Assembly: GCA_918797485.1 (NCBI GenBank)
Contig: CAKKNE010000004.1
Span: 3,596,001-3,660,000 of the forward strand
DNA length: 64,000 bases
Source: Pelagomonas calceolata
Taxonomy: Eukaryota
Direction: 5' to 3'
Positions 1-11,497 of the stretch are shown one piece after another (the stretch's first letter is position 1; each line of letters begins with the position of its first letter). Below the pieces are notes generated by a model, which saw only the letters and a list, made by a program, of their open reading frames with translations, ran no database searches and was not told the DNA's origin. Position numbers and translations under genes: made by a program.

Positions 1-669
1 CCAAAACCGCGCCAGGCGCTCCGCGGCGGACTCGTCGTGCGCGACCGCGCGGCTCCCGGGGCAGACGTGGCTCGTGCTGCGCGCGTCACGCGCGGCCCGG
101 TCCGCCGCGGCGGTGCGGCGCCGCGCGTCCTCCTGCCGCCGCAGCGCGTCCACGTAGAGCGTCGTCGCGCGCGCCGCCGCGCGCTCCGTCCGGCCCCGCG
201 CCGCACGCGCCGCCGCCGCGCGGTCGGCGTCCTTCCGTCGCGCGAGGTCCTCGGCCCGCGCGCGCGCCGCCGCGTGGAGCCGCGCGTGGACGGCGTTGTC
301 GCGCCGGAGCCGCGCCGCCTTGCGCGTGATCGCCGGCGTCGCGGTTCGCGCCGCGCGCTCGCGTTCGGCCGCGGCGCGCTTCGCGACCGCGCGCGCCGCG
401 GCGCCGTGCGCGTGGAGCCGGTCCTCGACGCGCACGGCCGCCACGACCTCCCCGCCCGCGCCCGCGCCGCCCGCCGCCCAGAGGCCCGCGTCGCGGCTCC
501 GCGCGGTCGCCGCGAGGCTTACGCTCGCGTCGCAGAGCCGCGGCGACCGCGGCTCCGCGTCAAGGGCCTCCTCCGCGGCCTGGCGCTCCGCGGCGAGCCG
601 CGCGTCCTCCTCCTGGCGGCGGCGCCGGCGGTCCGCGTCGGCGTAGAGGCGCTGGCAGGCGGTCGCCAT
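1..669 (-). CDS. Ala/Arg-rich coiled-coil protein with repeated RLY/RLH motifs (3' end runs off the window)
   Basis: Minus-strand ATG at 669 reads MATACQRLYADADRRRRRQEEDARLAAERQAAEEAL..VEDRLHAHG..VHARLHAAA..TTLYVDALRRQE. It is absent from the ORF track, presumably because no stop lies in the window. Confidence 0.6.
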   Translation of the reverse strand, partial: MATACQRLYADADRRRRRQEEDARLAAERQAAEEALDAEPRSPRLCDASVSLAATARSRDAGLWAAGGAGAGGEVVAAVRVEDRLHAHGAAARAVAKRAAAERERAARTATPAITRKAARLRRDNAVHARLHAAARARAEDLARRKDADRAAAARAARGRTERAAARATTLYVDALRRQEDARRRTAAADRAARDARSTSHVCPGSRAVAHDESAAERLARFW

Positions 670-1020
670 CAGTACTGTGCCGGTGGAGGCGACTGTACAA
701 TGCGAGCACTGGGGCAGCGTATACGTCCCTCCGCCGCGGCTCCGAGCCCACGACTGCGTCGCGGTACCACCGCACTGATCGTGCAGACACAAAGTGGCAG
801 CCAAGCAACAGCTCGAGGCTGCCCCGCACGGCGCGCGGGCGACTTCGGGGCGGCGGGGACTGCTCGGGCGCACGCGGGGGCGCGTACGGATCGATAGCGT
901 TGTGCCCGACGAAGCCTTTCGCTCTCGCGCCTCGGCGGCGGCGACGCGAGTCACGCGACACGGCACTGCTCCGACGCCACCGACGCCATCGACGCGACAA
1001 GGACGAAAACTAGAACAATA

Positions 1021-1884
1021 TTACTCGTCGGCCTCCCGCAACCGCGCCACGACGGGGTACTTCCGCGCGAACAGCTTCTCCCAGTCGTCCAAGATCTTGA
1101 CCTCCTTCTCGTCGAGGTCACCTAAATCGGGCCATCCTCTATCAACGTCCTCGGGCTTGAAGGACATCTTCGCCAACGCTCTAGATGCGTCCTTGCCACA
1201 GAACAGGTGGTACGAGCAGCCCGCCCCATAGAAGCCGACGCCGCCATAGCCCACGTCGTAGACGTTGCCCCGCACGCCGATCAGGTGCTCGGCGCAGCAT
1301 CTTCCTGGAGATGGTGCGCAGGTGCCCGTGCCCCTCTCTAACAATTCGGCGCGCGAGATAACCTTGGTGGAGGGCGGTGTCGCCAGCCTTCCAAGGATCG
1401 GGTAGCCCTTCAGCTCCTTGAACTTAAAATGCCATTCGTCCAAATGCTCCCGCTCCCCGTGGTTCAACCCATCGATGGGCTGGTCCAGATCTACCTCTTC
1501 GAGGGACATCGTCGCGAGGCACTTCGACGCGTCCCGGCCAGCAAATAAAGCGTACCCACCACCCGGACCGTAGAAACTTCTCGCTTCGGAAACATCAAAC
1601 ACGTCGCCCTTGACGGCGACATACAACGGCGTGTCCTCGTCCTTGCCGTCGAATTCTCGGAGTTGCTTTGGTGTGAAGTCGCGCGGCGGCTCCTCGTCGT
1701 CTTCCTCATTAACTGGTGCGTGCGTGCCGTCTCTTTCGGGTTCGTTCGTGATGATATAGGCAGCATACGCGCCGAAGAGGACGCACAGGAGTAATGCTAC
1801 CGTCGACGTCGTCGAGCCGCCGGTGAGCCATTGTAGTAGCGACGGCGCGTCTTTTGTTATCGCTTCGGCGGCGGCGTCGGCCAT
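1021..1884 (-). CDS. MAPR-type cytochrome b5-like heme/steroid-binding protein, N-terminal TM plus two tandem domains
   Basis: Motifs FTPKQLREFDG, YVAVKGDVFDVS, FYGPGGGYALFAGRDAS; second copy VYDV..FYGAGCSYHLFCGKDASRALAKMS..KYPVV. Confidence 0.9.
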   Translation of the reverse strand: MADAAAEAITKDAPSLLQWLTGGSTTSTVALLLCVLFGAYAAYIITNEPERDGTHAPVNEEDDEEPPRDFTPKQLREFDGKDEDTPLYVAVKGDVFDVSEARSFYGPGGGYALFAGRDASKCLATMSLEEVDLDQPIDGLNHGEREHLDEWHFKFKELKGYPILGRLATPPSTKVISRAELLERGTGTCAPSPGRCCAEHLIGVRGNVYDVGYGGVGFYGAGCSYHLFCGKDASRALAKMSFKPEDVDRGWPDLGDLDEKEVKILDDWEKLFARKYPVVARLREADE

Positions 1885-2404
1885 GCTTATCTTATCTCTA
1901 TGCTATCTCGCGCCGCGACGATGGCCGTGTCACAGCTGCTCAATGACAGTGCACTGTGCTAGATCCGTGTGCGACCAATTATTCGTGGCGCAAGCGTTCG
2001 CAGCTATATTGGCCCAGCAATTAAAGCTTCTCGCGCGCGCGCACAAGTGAATCGCTGCTGCGCTTTGCCTACTGCACTTTGCCACTGCGCCAGGCTGTAA
2101 AATCGACTCTGTCCTCCGTTTTCGCACCTGTCGTCTAGCCGTCTCGCGCCAGAGTTCCCCGGGGCGGCTCGACCAGTAGAAGCTTTCTTGTTTTTTCTAG
2201 TGTGTTACAGTGCAGTAGACTTTTGAGAGGCAAACTCCAAAAAAGGCCACCAGAGGTCGCTGTTTGAGCCGCACGGGGCTGAACCTGTGCGTTGCATACT
2301 ACAGCTCGACGCAGCGCCGCCAACACCGCGCCGCTAGAAGAACTGCTCGGCTCCCGGCGTGAGCAGCTCCGCCAAAACCAAGTTCGCCACAGTCAAAAGG
2401 AGAG

Positions 2405-3594
2405 ATGCCGGTATCAGTGAACAAGATCGACACGTCGGTCGTCGCCGAGACGCTGCGCCAGCAGATTAGGGAAGACGTCGCCATCGTGCCCGGCGCGCGG
2501 CCGCGCCTCGTCGGGTTTTTGGCCAACAAGGACCCCGCGGCGCGCAAGTACGCCGAGTGGACGGGCCGCGCCTGCACGAAGGACGGCATCGACTACGTCC
2601 TCAAAGAAGTGGAAGCGTGCGACTTAGAAGGAGCGTTGAAGGAGGCGAACGAGGACGCGGGCGTGCACGGCGTCCTCCTGTGCATAATTCAAAATTTCAC
2701 GGCGCCTTCGTGCGGAATCGTCGCGTCGACCTCCACGCCATCGACGCGCCGCCTGCTCGATAGCGTGGCGGTGCACCCGACTCACTGGTTGATTTGCACA
2801 CAGGCATCCTCATCTACTACCCCGTCTTCGGCGCGGAGCCGTCTTTTTATGGAGGGTCCATGGACGACCAGTTGAGGGACAACATCGAGCCCACGAAGGA
2901 CGTGGAAGGTCTGTGCAAGAAGTACCGCGACAATCTCTATAGGAACGTGAGGCGCGTCGACAAGTGGCGTAGAAGTGTAGTCCCCTGCACGCCTTTAGCT
3001 GTGGTGAAGTGCCTCGAGCACTGCGGCCAGCACACGGGCGCCAAGGATAGCGGCATGGCCGGGAAGGTCGTCGCCGTCGTTAATAGATCGGAGGTCGTCG
3101 GCCGGCCGCTGGCAGCCATGCTCGCGAACGACGGCGCCACGGTCTACTCGATAGACATCGACTCCATCTACGTCATGGAGCGGGGCCGCATGACGCGCAC
3201 GGACGTGACGCCCGACGACGCGATCAAGGCGGCCGACGTCGTCGTCCTCGGCGTGCCGTCGCCCCAGTACAAGCTGCCCGTGGCCACGCTCAAGAAGGGT
3301 GCGGTGGTGGTGAACGTGTCGGGCTTCAAGAATCTGGGCGACGCGCAGGAGGGCGACGACGCCGACTACACGTACATCCCGCTGGTTGGAAGGGTCACGG
3401 TGGCGTGCCTCGAGCGCAACTTATTGACGCTCTACAAGCAGTACCACGTCGGCAAGATCTCCCTGCGCTACCGCCTCGCCGAAGAAGTCTCGAAGCTCGG
3501 CGACGTCCTCGGCGACGAGGCGTCCGCGACGAAGCGCCACTACGTCCTCGCCGGCCTCGGCGTCGCCCTGCTCTACGCGTTCCTGAAGCGCTAG
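2405..3594 (+). CDS. Methylenetetrahydrofolate dehydrogenase (FolD family, MTD1-like); exons 2405-2669 and 2804-3594
   Basis: Splicing restores VHGILIYYP; KDVEGL, PCTPLAVVK and VVNRSEVVGRPLAAMLANDGATV are present. Confidence 0.9.
2670..2811 (+). mobile_element. Introner-type intron (GC-AG, 2670-2803); TIR element 2678-2803, TSD gcgtcctc/gcatcctc
   Basis: Ends ctgtgcataattcaa...ttgatttgcacacag are inverted repeats; the 8-bp flanking repeat matches 7/8; removal restores the frame. Confidence 0.85.
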
Positions 3595-3636
3595 AAAGGA
3601 GACGTGGGGGGTGTCTGTCGATACTGTTAATAGTCT

Positions 3637-3914
3637 GCCTATAGTTTCCAGAGGAAATAGCTATAGTCAATTCGGGTTTCGGGGGCGCGCGCCTAGGGAG
3701 GGGTGACGGGGGAGCTATCCCCCGTGGGCGTGTACGTAAGCTTGCTGCCGGTCCTAGAAGCGTGTGTCGTCGTCGCCGTGCACGGGCGCGTTGGTGAAGT
3801 CCGGGTTCCCGCCGACGAGCCGGAGGCCGTCGATCTTGATCCGGGCGAAACCGCGTCGTCTTGACGCCCCAGCGACGGTAAAGGCGGTTCTTGAGCAGGC
3901 CTATAGTTTCCAGA
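3637..3914 (-). mobile_element. 246-bp insert flanked by a 16-bp direct repeat (gcctatagtttccaga); carries the 3' end of an ORF on the minus strand
   Basis: Exact repeat at 3637-3652 and 3899-3914; minus strand reads ..RGFARIKIDGLRLVGGNPDFTNAPVHGDDDTRF* followed by a GGGGG/CCCCC hairpin. Confidence 0.5.
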
Positions 3915-4125
3915 ATGGTTCATTTTCGTGCGGGTGCGAGGAGAGAGCTTCAGCGCTAGGGCGGTCGGATCAAGCTAAGTTCAAGGAGACACCAAGGAGG
4001 ACCCCGCTGACATAGCGCACGCGCGCAAATCAGCCCAGAGACCCCGGCGAAGGCTTCAGCGGCGCCGCGCGGCCAATCTAAGCTGCGCAAGGCCCCCGTA
4101 GGCCACAACACAAAAAACACAGCAC

Positions 4126-6967
4126 ATGTTGATCAAGATGAACGACGACGACGACAACGAGGCCGACCCCGGTCCCATGCCCCTGTTAGAGGATTGCGAC
4201 TCCGCGGACGAGCGCGAGCGCCTCGAAGCCTCACAAAGGGTTTTGGCCCAGTCGAGGGCCGTGCGCAAGCAGAAGGAGCAGGCGCAGAAGATTCAACAGG
4301 CGCGGCTCGCAGAGGAGGTACGCAGGGCGCGCGACAAGGAAGAGGCGGCGATGGCCGCGACCTCAGCGCTGCTGGCGGCCCAGATCAAGCGCAAGCAGCT
4401 CCGGAGCATCGAAGCGGCGCCGGAGCCGGAGACGTCGCCGCGGAGCGTCGTGATGCCGCCCTACGCGGCGTGGCGGCTCAATGCTGCGCCCGTCACGTTG
4501 GACCTGGCTTGGCGGGGCGATGCGAAAGTCGACGATGTGCCACCGCCTCTCGTCGAGGCCGAGCCGAAGCCGAGCGACGTGGAGAGCGTCGTGGCGGCGA
4601 TGGGCGACGACGACGACAAGTCCATCGTCAAGGACGTGGCGGCGACGGACGACAACGACGTGCCAGTCGTCGTCGAGGACGTCGCTGCGGCGACGGGCGG
4701 CCATAAGGCCGCTCACGATTGCCAGGAGCAGCCCGTCGTTGAGACAGGCGGCACTGATGGCGCTGCTGGCGGCGGCGCCGAGAATGGCGGCGCCGATGCC
4801 GACGCGCATGGCGTCGACGTGCAGAGCGCCGACGTCGAGATGGAAGGCGCCGACGCCGAGGAGGGCGGCGGGGGCGACGAGGAGGAGGACCCGCTCGACA
4901 CTGACGGCGTCGAGGCGGCGACGGGCGGCACCGAGGGCGGCGTCGTCGTCGAGGAGGGTGCCGCGGAGGGCTGTGGCACGAAGGGCGTCGAGGCGACGCG
5001 CGGCGGTGCCGACGGCGAGGAGGACGACCCCGAGGCCATGGAGGAGGAGGACAACGACGACACCATCTTCTACGTCGAGACGGGCGTCGAGGCGGGTGTC
5101 GTCGAGGCGCGCGTCGTCGACGACGTCGAGGCGCGCGACGTCGACGACGTCGTGGTAGGGGCGACGGGCGGCGTCGTGGAGGGTGACGGCGACGCCGTGG
5201 CCAACGCTGCGTCTGCGTCGGCCATCGTCCGGTTCACGGCCGGCCCGCTCCACGTCTCGACCAGCGCCCTGGACGAGGTCCTTGACGTGGGCGACCCCGT
5301 CGTCGCCCATTACGGGCACGGCCTCGTTGAGGGCAAGACCGTCGTGCGCAAGGCCAAGGAGCTCTGGTCGAAGGGCGTCGTCAAGGCCGTGCATCGGGTG
5401 TCGTCGCGTCGCGTCACGTACGACATCCTCTACGACGACTGTGGTACGTGCGAGACGGGCGTTCTCGCCTCAAACGTCCGTCGCCGCAGTGCCGACGGCT
5501 GTCCTGGCCACGGTCGCCCATTAACAAGCCCCCGGGCCGGTCTCGATCTCGTCGAGCCGGTGCCGACGAATGCCCCCGGGCATTTGGTGGAATCATTCAC
5601 CACCTTTGAAGTACCAACGGCGCCGCCGCCGCCGCTCATCACAGCGCCGACGGAGGAGCTGACGGAAATATGCACGATCTGCCACCACGAGGTGTCGGTC
5701 GACTGCGACGTCGTCCTCAAGTGCTGCCACGTGTTCCACATGTCCTGCCTGGGCGAGTACAGCAAGCACTGCGGCCACGCACCGACGAGGCGCTCGTTCC
5801 AGGTGCCGTGCGCGAATTGCCGCGTCGTCGACCGCGTCGAGCTCGGTACGAATCCTCGCGGTCCACAGCGTTATAATCCGCAAGAAGAGGCGGAGCGTCC
5901 TCAGTTAGCTACGAAGAAGAGGCCCGCTGCCGCGGCGCCCAAGCTCAAGAAGAAAAAGAAGAAGAAGGCGTCGCCACATACGGCAGTCGTCGTCGACGAG
6001 AACTACAAGCCCACGCAAGTGGTCGAGCCGTTGTGGCACCCGTCGGGCTGCGACCTCTGCTCGCGGCCCCTCGTGTTGTCAGCTGGTCGAGCGGTGGTGA
6101 TCGGCTGGCTGCCGGCGGCCGAGAGTGGGGTTCCTCGACATCCACGGCAAGCCCGCAGCTCTTTACAAGGCGGCCTTCACGACCGGTCGCCGCGTCGGAG
6201 AAGAGAAAGATCTGGAAGAAGACGAGGTCCGCAAGTACCTCGCGCCCGAGGCGTTCCCTTCGGCTGACGATTGTGTTGCGCTCATGACGGTCGGGAACGG
6301 CTGCGGCGACGACCGTATCTGCTGGACGACGGAGTTCGGTGGCGAAGGCGCTGGTGCCGGTGAGAACGCCTTCGAGAACCACGTGCTGTTGCAGCCGGAG
6401 GCCGTCTCTCCGCCGATGCGCGACGCGCTCCTCGGCCGCTGGATCGAGGTCTACTGGGCGGGCGACAAGGTCTGGTACAAGGGCCGCGTCGTCGGCCAGA
6501 AGATTATCAACGGCGCCATCCAGCTCAGTGTGAAGTACGTCGACGGCGAGCAGCACGACGAGGCGCTCCAGGACGAGCCGTTCGCCGGCGACGGCGTCCC
6601 GCCGGACGATCGCAAGCCCTGGTACTGGCGCTACGCCGAGCCGCCGAAGACGGCCGCGCTACCGGACGAGTCGGCCGACGTGCCGCCGCCGCCGGAGTTC
6701 CAGCTCTGCCGCGAGCTGAGCGAGGTCTGCGAGAGCGTCGAGACTTCGTCGTCCGTCGAGGCCATGGAGATCGAGGCCATGGAGACGCATTCGCACGCCG
6801 CAACGCCGAAGCGTTCGCTGACCGTCACGTTCCGCCTGGACAACGCCAAGAAGCAGAAGACGGACGTCGACGCCGAGGCCGAGTTCGAGTGCAAAGATGA
6901 GAACCAGAACAACGCCATGGTCCTCGAGCTCCTCGCGGCCGTCGCGGCGTCGCAGCGCTGCCTCTGA
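4126..6967 (+). pseudogene. Acidic low-complexity, Tudor-like, RING finger and second Tudor-like protein with a +1 frameshift at 6127-6130 (pseudogene or sequence error)
   Basis: RING-like CTICHHE..CCHVFHMSCL..CANC; Tudor-like WSKGVVK..YDILYDD and IEVYWAGDKVWYKGRV..VKYVDGE. Removing one G from gagagtggggttc joins GWLPAAESG to FLDIHGKPAALY. Confidence 0.65.
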
Positions 6968-7153
6968 GATTGGTCGTCTTTCCCCTGTCGCTCGGAGTTG
7001 CTGAGAAGCGCGCACTGGTCGCCGCCAGGTCGGCGTACGGAGCTTCTATCCCCCACAGCCCTGTCTAACATAACTCACTCCGATTACAGTATAACAGGGG
7101 GAAACTCCCCACTCGTCGCGGCGAGTACCCCCCTGACCGAACTACTCTAGAGA

Positions 7154-8689
7154 CTACCTCATCTTCTTAACCTTCTTCTTCTTCGCGGACTTCTTCGCGC
7201 CGCCGCCACCAAGGCCCTTCGCAACCACCTTTGACTTCTTCTTCTTCTTGAGCTTGCGCACCGACGCCGGATCTAATCCAAACTCGCGGTCGCCGTCGAA
7301 GAAGAGCACGTCGATGGTCCCGTCCGGCGCGACCCTTTCCACGGTCGCATCAAACAACTCGTCGACGCCGACCATGGGCGCTTTCACTTTATCGCCCACG
7401 CTAAAAGGTGAGCTGGCAGCGATGGGCGACCCGAGGGACGCCAGGAACCCGTCCATGGCCTTTTCCAGCCGCGCGAAGTGCGGCGCCGGCCGCGTCGCGG
7501 GCGTCGCGCCCTTTGTTGTTCTAAACACAACATCCGCGTAGAGGTCCCGTATTGTCTTCGTCGTCTTTGAGGCATGTTTTACCGTTTTTTTCGACGCCTC
7601 CGCGGCATCAAAGGTAGAATCAGTAGTGACCGCCTGTAGCGCCTCCGCAATAGCACCATGCGACGAATCATCAGAGCGCCAGCCCAGACAGGGCAGGGTC
7701 TTGCGCAATCGGTTCCAGTAAATATCCGCGGGGGCGTCGTTCGTGAAACCTCTGTATTGATGATCCGCGCCGGCCGCGTCGACAACGGTCACCGCGTCCA
7801 AGCCCCAGACGTGCGTGTCCACGCCTAAAGTTAAATGTATGGACGGATCATCAGTGGCGCAGTCCAACGTATCCGTCGTGTGGGGCCAGCCCGCCGGCAC
7901 GTACAGTACATCGCCCGGTCGTAGGGTCACGTCTAAGACGGGCTCGTCATCGAATTCGTCGAATGATAATACATCAGTGCCCTTGCCGCGCGCGAGCGGG
8001 TCCGTTTCCGGCCGCTTTGATTGATCCGGCGGCCGCCACACCCTCCAATGCTTCCGCCCGAAGCACTGAAACACCAAAACGCGCTGCTTGTCCGTGTGCG
8101 GCGGCGCCGACGTCGCCGCGCCGGCGCCCGTCGCGTAGGCGTTCGTGCACACCGGCAACCCAAAAGCGTCGATGGACGCTAAACTTAATGCCGCGACCCT
8201 CGAACACGTCGCGTCCAATGAGTTCAAAACAACGGTCTGGGACGCATCTAGCACACCCTTGACGTCGTCGTACGTGATCGGTTCGTCCTTCACCCCAACT
8301 CTAGCCATCTGCCACGCGCCGCCCGCGCCTAAAACTCCTCTCCCTGCCTCGCGGACCTCTCCATTACTACACGCCGCCTCGAGCTCCTTCAAGCCGAACC
8401 ATCCATCAAAAGCGTCGATACCCTCGACGAGGACCGCGTCGTCGTCGTCCCAGGCTCGTATCAGCTCGGGTTTTAACAATTCGAGGGCGTCGCGGACTTG
8501 TGCTGCTGCCTGCAGGTCGTCGTGCGCGTCGTCTCGGGAACCATCTTTGAATTCCTCCGCCACGGCCGCGGCCCAGGCGTCGCCGACGGCGTCGCGGCGC
8601 GCGTGTCGTCGGTGGCGCGAGAGCACGGGTGCGGTGAGGGCGGCCGCGGTCGCGCAGCACGCGACGGCGGCCGCGCGCCACGGCGCCAT
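7154..8689 (-). CDS. JmjC/cupin-4 (ROX-like) 2-oxoglutarate oxygenase with C-terminal Tudor-like domain, likely plastid-targeted
   Basis: NAYAT..PPHTD..FQCFGRKHWRVW..LRPGDVLYVPAGWPH..SIHLT; N-terminal signal-like peptide. Confidence 0.85.
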   Translation of the reverse strand: MAPWRAAAVACCATAAALTAPVLSRHRRHARRDAVGDAWAAAVAEEFKDGSRDDAHDDLQAAAQVRDALELLKPELIRAWDDDDAVLVEGIDAFDGWFGLKELEAACSNGEVREAGRGVLGAGGAWQMARVGVKDEPITYDDVKGVLDASQTVVLNSLDATCSRVAALSLASIDAFGLPVCTNAYATGAGAATSAPPHTDKQRVLVFQCFGRKHWRVWRPPDQSKRPETDPLARGKGTDVLSFDEFDDEPVLDVTLRPGDVLYVPAGWPHTTDTLDCATDDPSIHLTLGVDTHVWGLDAVTVVDAAGADHQYRGFTNDAPADIYWNRLRKTLPCLGWRSDDSSHGAIAEALQAVTTDSTFDAAEASKKTVKHASKTTKTIRDLYADVVFRTTKGATPATRPAPHFARLEKAMDGFLASLGSPIAASSPFSVGDKVKAPMVGVDELFDATVERVAPDGTIDVLFFDGDREFGLDPASVRKLKKKKKSKVVAKGLGGGGAKKSAKKKKVKKMR

Positions 8690-9079
8690 TGTATATTTTG
8701 CTTTTCTTAGAGCTATGCCGCCTAGCTACCAGAGGACCGACGGGCCTGCTTGACGCTCTGTGCTATGTGCTGCAGATGCACTCACAGCTGCACGAGATGC
8801 TCTCCGGTTTTTTTACGGCCCAAGCAATGGTGCGCGGCAGTTAGCGCCCTTGGCAATTCAAGTAAGATCGCGCTGCGATGGCCCAGGAACGCGCAGGCGC
8901 AGCACGGCTGTGGTTGCCGTCGCACGTCGGCTGTCGCAGCTAGCTGCATAAGGACACTAGGAAAATCAACGCGTGTGTCGCAGACACGTTCCCCCCAACG
9001 CCGCCGACGGGACTCATGTTATTTTCATTTAAATATATGGGGGATGGAAACAGGGTACGTATGTGCATGTTGACCGAGG

Positions 9080-11206
9080 CTACCGCGACATGGCCACCTC
9101 CTTCGGGACCTCCACTCTATCGACGGCGCCGAAGTTCTCCTTCATCAGCCCGGCGATGACTCCCGCGATCTCGTCCTCGTCGTCGATGGGCACGTTCTTC
9201 ATGTGCGGATCTAAAGCTAAATGGCCGCCCTCGCCGATCGTGCCGCCGAGGAAAATATTTGCCCCTGCCACAGCCTTCATCTTGCCCTCGTCGTTCTTGC
9301 GCTTCGCCGGCGCGCCCATGAGGCCGATGTCCGCGGCCTGGACCTGGCCGCAGGAGTTCGGGCAGCCCGTCCAGTGGACGCGGACGGGCTTCGGCGCTTC
9401 GACGAGCGCGTCGACCTTCGCCATGACCCGTTCCGCGACCGTTTTCGTCTCAATAATAGCCAAGGGACAGAACTGCGCGCCGGTGCACGAAACCATGGGG
9501 CCCTTGACGTTTCCCGGGTCGACGGCTAACCGGCCCATCGTTAAAGCAGGCTCCTGCAGTAAGGCATCAATGCTGTCAGCAGGGACGTTCGGTAATATAA
9601 AATTCTGCTCGACGGTGAGTCGGACTTCACCCTCGCTATACCGATCCGCGAGATCGGCGACGTGTCTCGCTTCCTCGACACTTAATCTACCAGCGGGCAC
9701 ATGCACGCCGACCCTCCTCAAGCCCTCATCAGCTTGCGCATGCACTCCGAGCAATTCCCGCCTTTCAAAGGCGCCCGTCTCGTGGGGCTGCGCCTCCTCC
9801 AGGACGACGCCCCGCCCGTAGGACTCGACCTCGGCTTTAATGGCTTTACTGTATTCCTCGACGCCCATATCTTCCACCAACCACATCAACCGAGCCTTCT
9901 GTCTATCTTTCCGGTTGCCCTCGTCTCTGAAGATCCTCAAGATCGCCTCACACAACGCCGTCACCGAGTACGGATCCGCCGGCACCCACAGCCCCAGAGG
10001 CACAGATTCGGCGACTCTCTTAATGGACATGTAGCCTCCCACCACCACGTTAAACCCAATCCTTCCATCTTGATGAGGCACCGGGTCCAACCCGATGTCA
10101 TTTATATAGGTATGAGCAAAATCATCACGCCCCCCAGAAATGGCAATGTTGAACTTCCGCGGCAGGTTGCCCCACTGCGGGTTGCCCCGCTCGCCCGTCT
10201 CCTTGTCTAACGATATGAGGTCGTTGATCGCATTGGCAATAGGCCGCGTGTCTACCAATTCCAAATCGTCCAACCCGGCTAACGGGCTTCCGACGACATT
10301 TCTCGCGTTGTCCAACGCGCTCTGGAACGACGTCATGTTGTGGTCCGCATGTAAAGCTTTCGTGAGATCCGCGCCGTCCTCGAGCGTCAAGCCTCTGAGT
10401 TGTATATTTTGCCTCGTCGTGATGTCCATCACTCCTAATTCATCACCGTACGGCTCGATGGTATCGGCGAACAACCTAAGAGTGTCGGCTTTGACGATGC
10501 CGTTCGGGATCCTCAACCGCATCATGAAGCGCCCGGGCGTCCGCCTAAATCTCGACAAAATGCCCGTCCACTTGAGCCGCGAGTTGATGTCGAAGTCCTC
10601 GATCTCGGAATAATCTAAGGTACCGGCGCGAATCTTCGCTGCGAAGTCGTAGAGGTCCGTCCACGCGTTCGTCGGGTCTTTTTTGAGCTTGCCCTGCTCG
10701 ATCTTGTTGCCCGCCTCGGCGCGCTCGAGCGTGGAATCCTGCGCGGGGCGTTTCGTGTGACCTTCGTGCGCTTTTTACCACTCTCTCTCGCTCCGGGCGA
10801 CCGCTCGCTAGTGTGTGCGGCGACGGGCTCTCTCCAGGAGAAAAAACTCGCAGCGTGGCGCGACAGCACCCAGCGCTCACGAGGTGACCGCTCGCAGCGC
10901 GCGCGCGGCCGGCGAGGCCGGCTCGCGGATGACCCACTTTTTTCTCCGGGCAGACGACGCGACAGGCGCGGCAGATTTTGAAAGGAGTGTAGGAGCGGTG
11001 CCGGGGCACCGTTATAGCGTCGCGCTGCGCGCTTCTCTCGCGATGCGTTCGTGCGACGAATTTTGCAAATGTTTCCTTTGAGTTGCCGCTCTGCAATTTA
11101 CAGGTAAAAAACTGGTGCCAGTCCGACGGCTTTGGACAGCGGTAGGGTTGTGGTAGACCATCGCGCTCGCGCAGCTTAAACATACTGCTGCTGCGAGCCG
11201 CGCCAT
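9080..11206 (-). CDS. nirA: Ferredoxin-nitrite reductase, plastid-targeted; main exon 9080-10738, 5' exon structure uncertain
   Basis: FMMRLRIPNG, ITTRQNIQ, NLPRKFNIAI, siroheme/Fe-S cysteines CTGAQFC and WTGCPNSCG; the frame extends to an acceptor at 10739; signal peptide MARLAAAVCLSCASAM starts at 11206. Confidence 0.92.
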
Positions 11207-11497
11207 CTTCCGTGGCGCCCTTCGCAAGTCACCCGCAGGGCGTCAAATTACAAAGTCCAGCCCTGACGCGACGTGGTCACCGTTGTGAGATGGTCCGATT
11301 TTGGTCTTCCTACGACTCCTTGCAAACCTCCGGAGGGCCTGGGACGCCAGAAGACGGCTGGCGAAATCACATCGCCCGGCGCTGCGGATGTTGCGAGATC
11401 GGAGCGCATCCGCGGAGCAAAACGCGCGAGGACGCGAGAGGACGGTTCGGGCGCTCGCATCGATCGCTACCACGGCGACTGGCACATTGGGGCAGCC

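Noticed and set aside
37..897. Long plus-strand Arg-rich ORFs, and similar shadow ORFs such as 28223-29566, 58631-60379 and 62643-63845
   Set aside because: Antisense or alternate-frame artefacts of high GC3 in real genes.
7095..7152. Helitron 3' end (hairpin plus CTAG)
   Set aside because: Hairpin-to-CTAG spacing is too long and no 5' TC end or Rep/helicase was identified.
9080..11206. Nitrate-assimilation gene cluster
   Set aside because: No nitrate reductase or nitrate/nitrite transporter lies near the nitrite reductase in this window.
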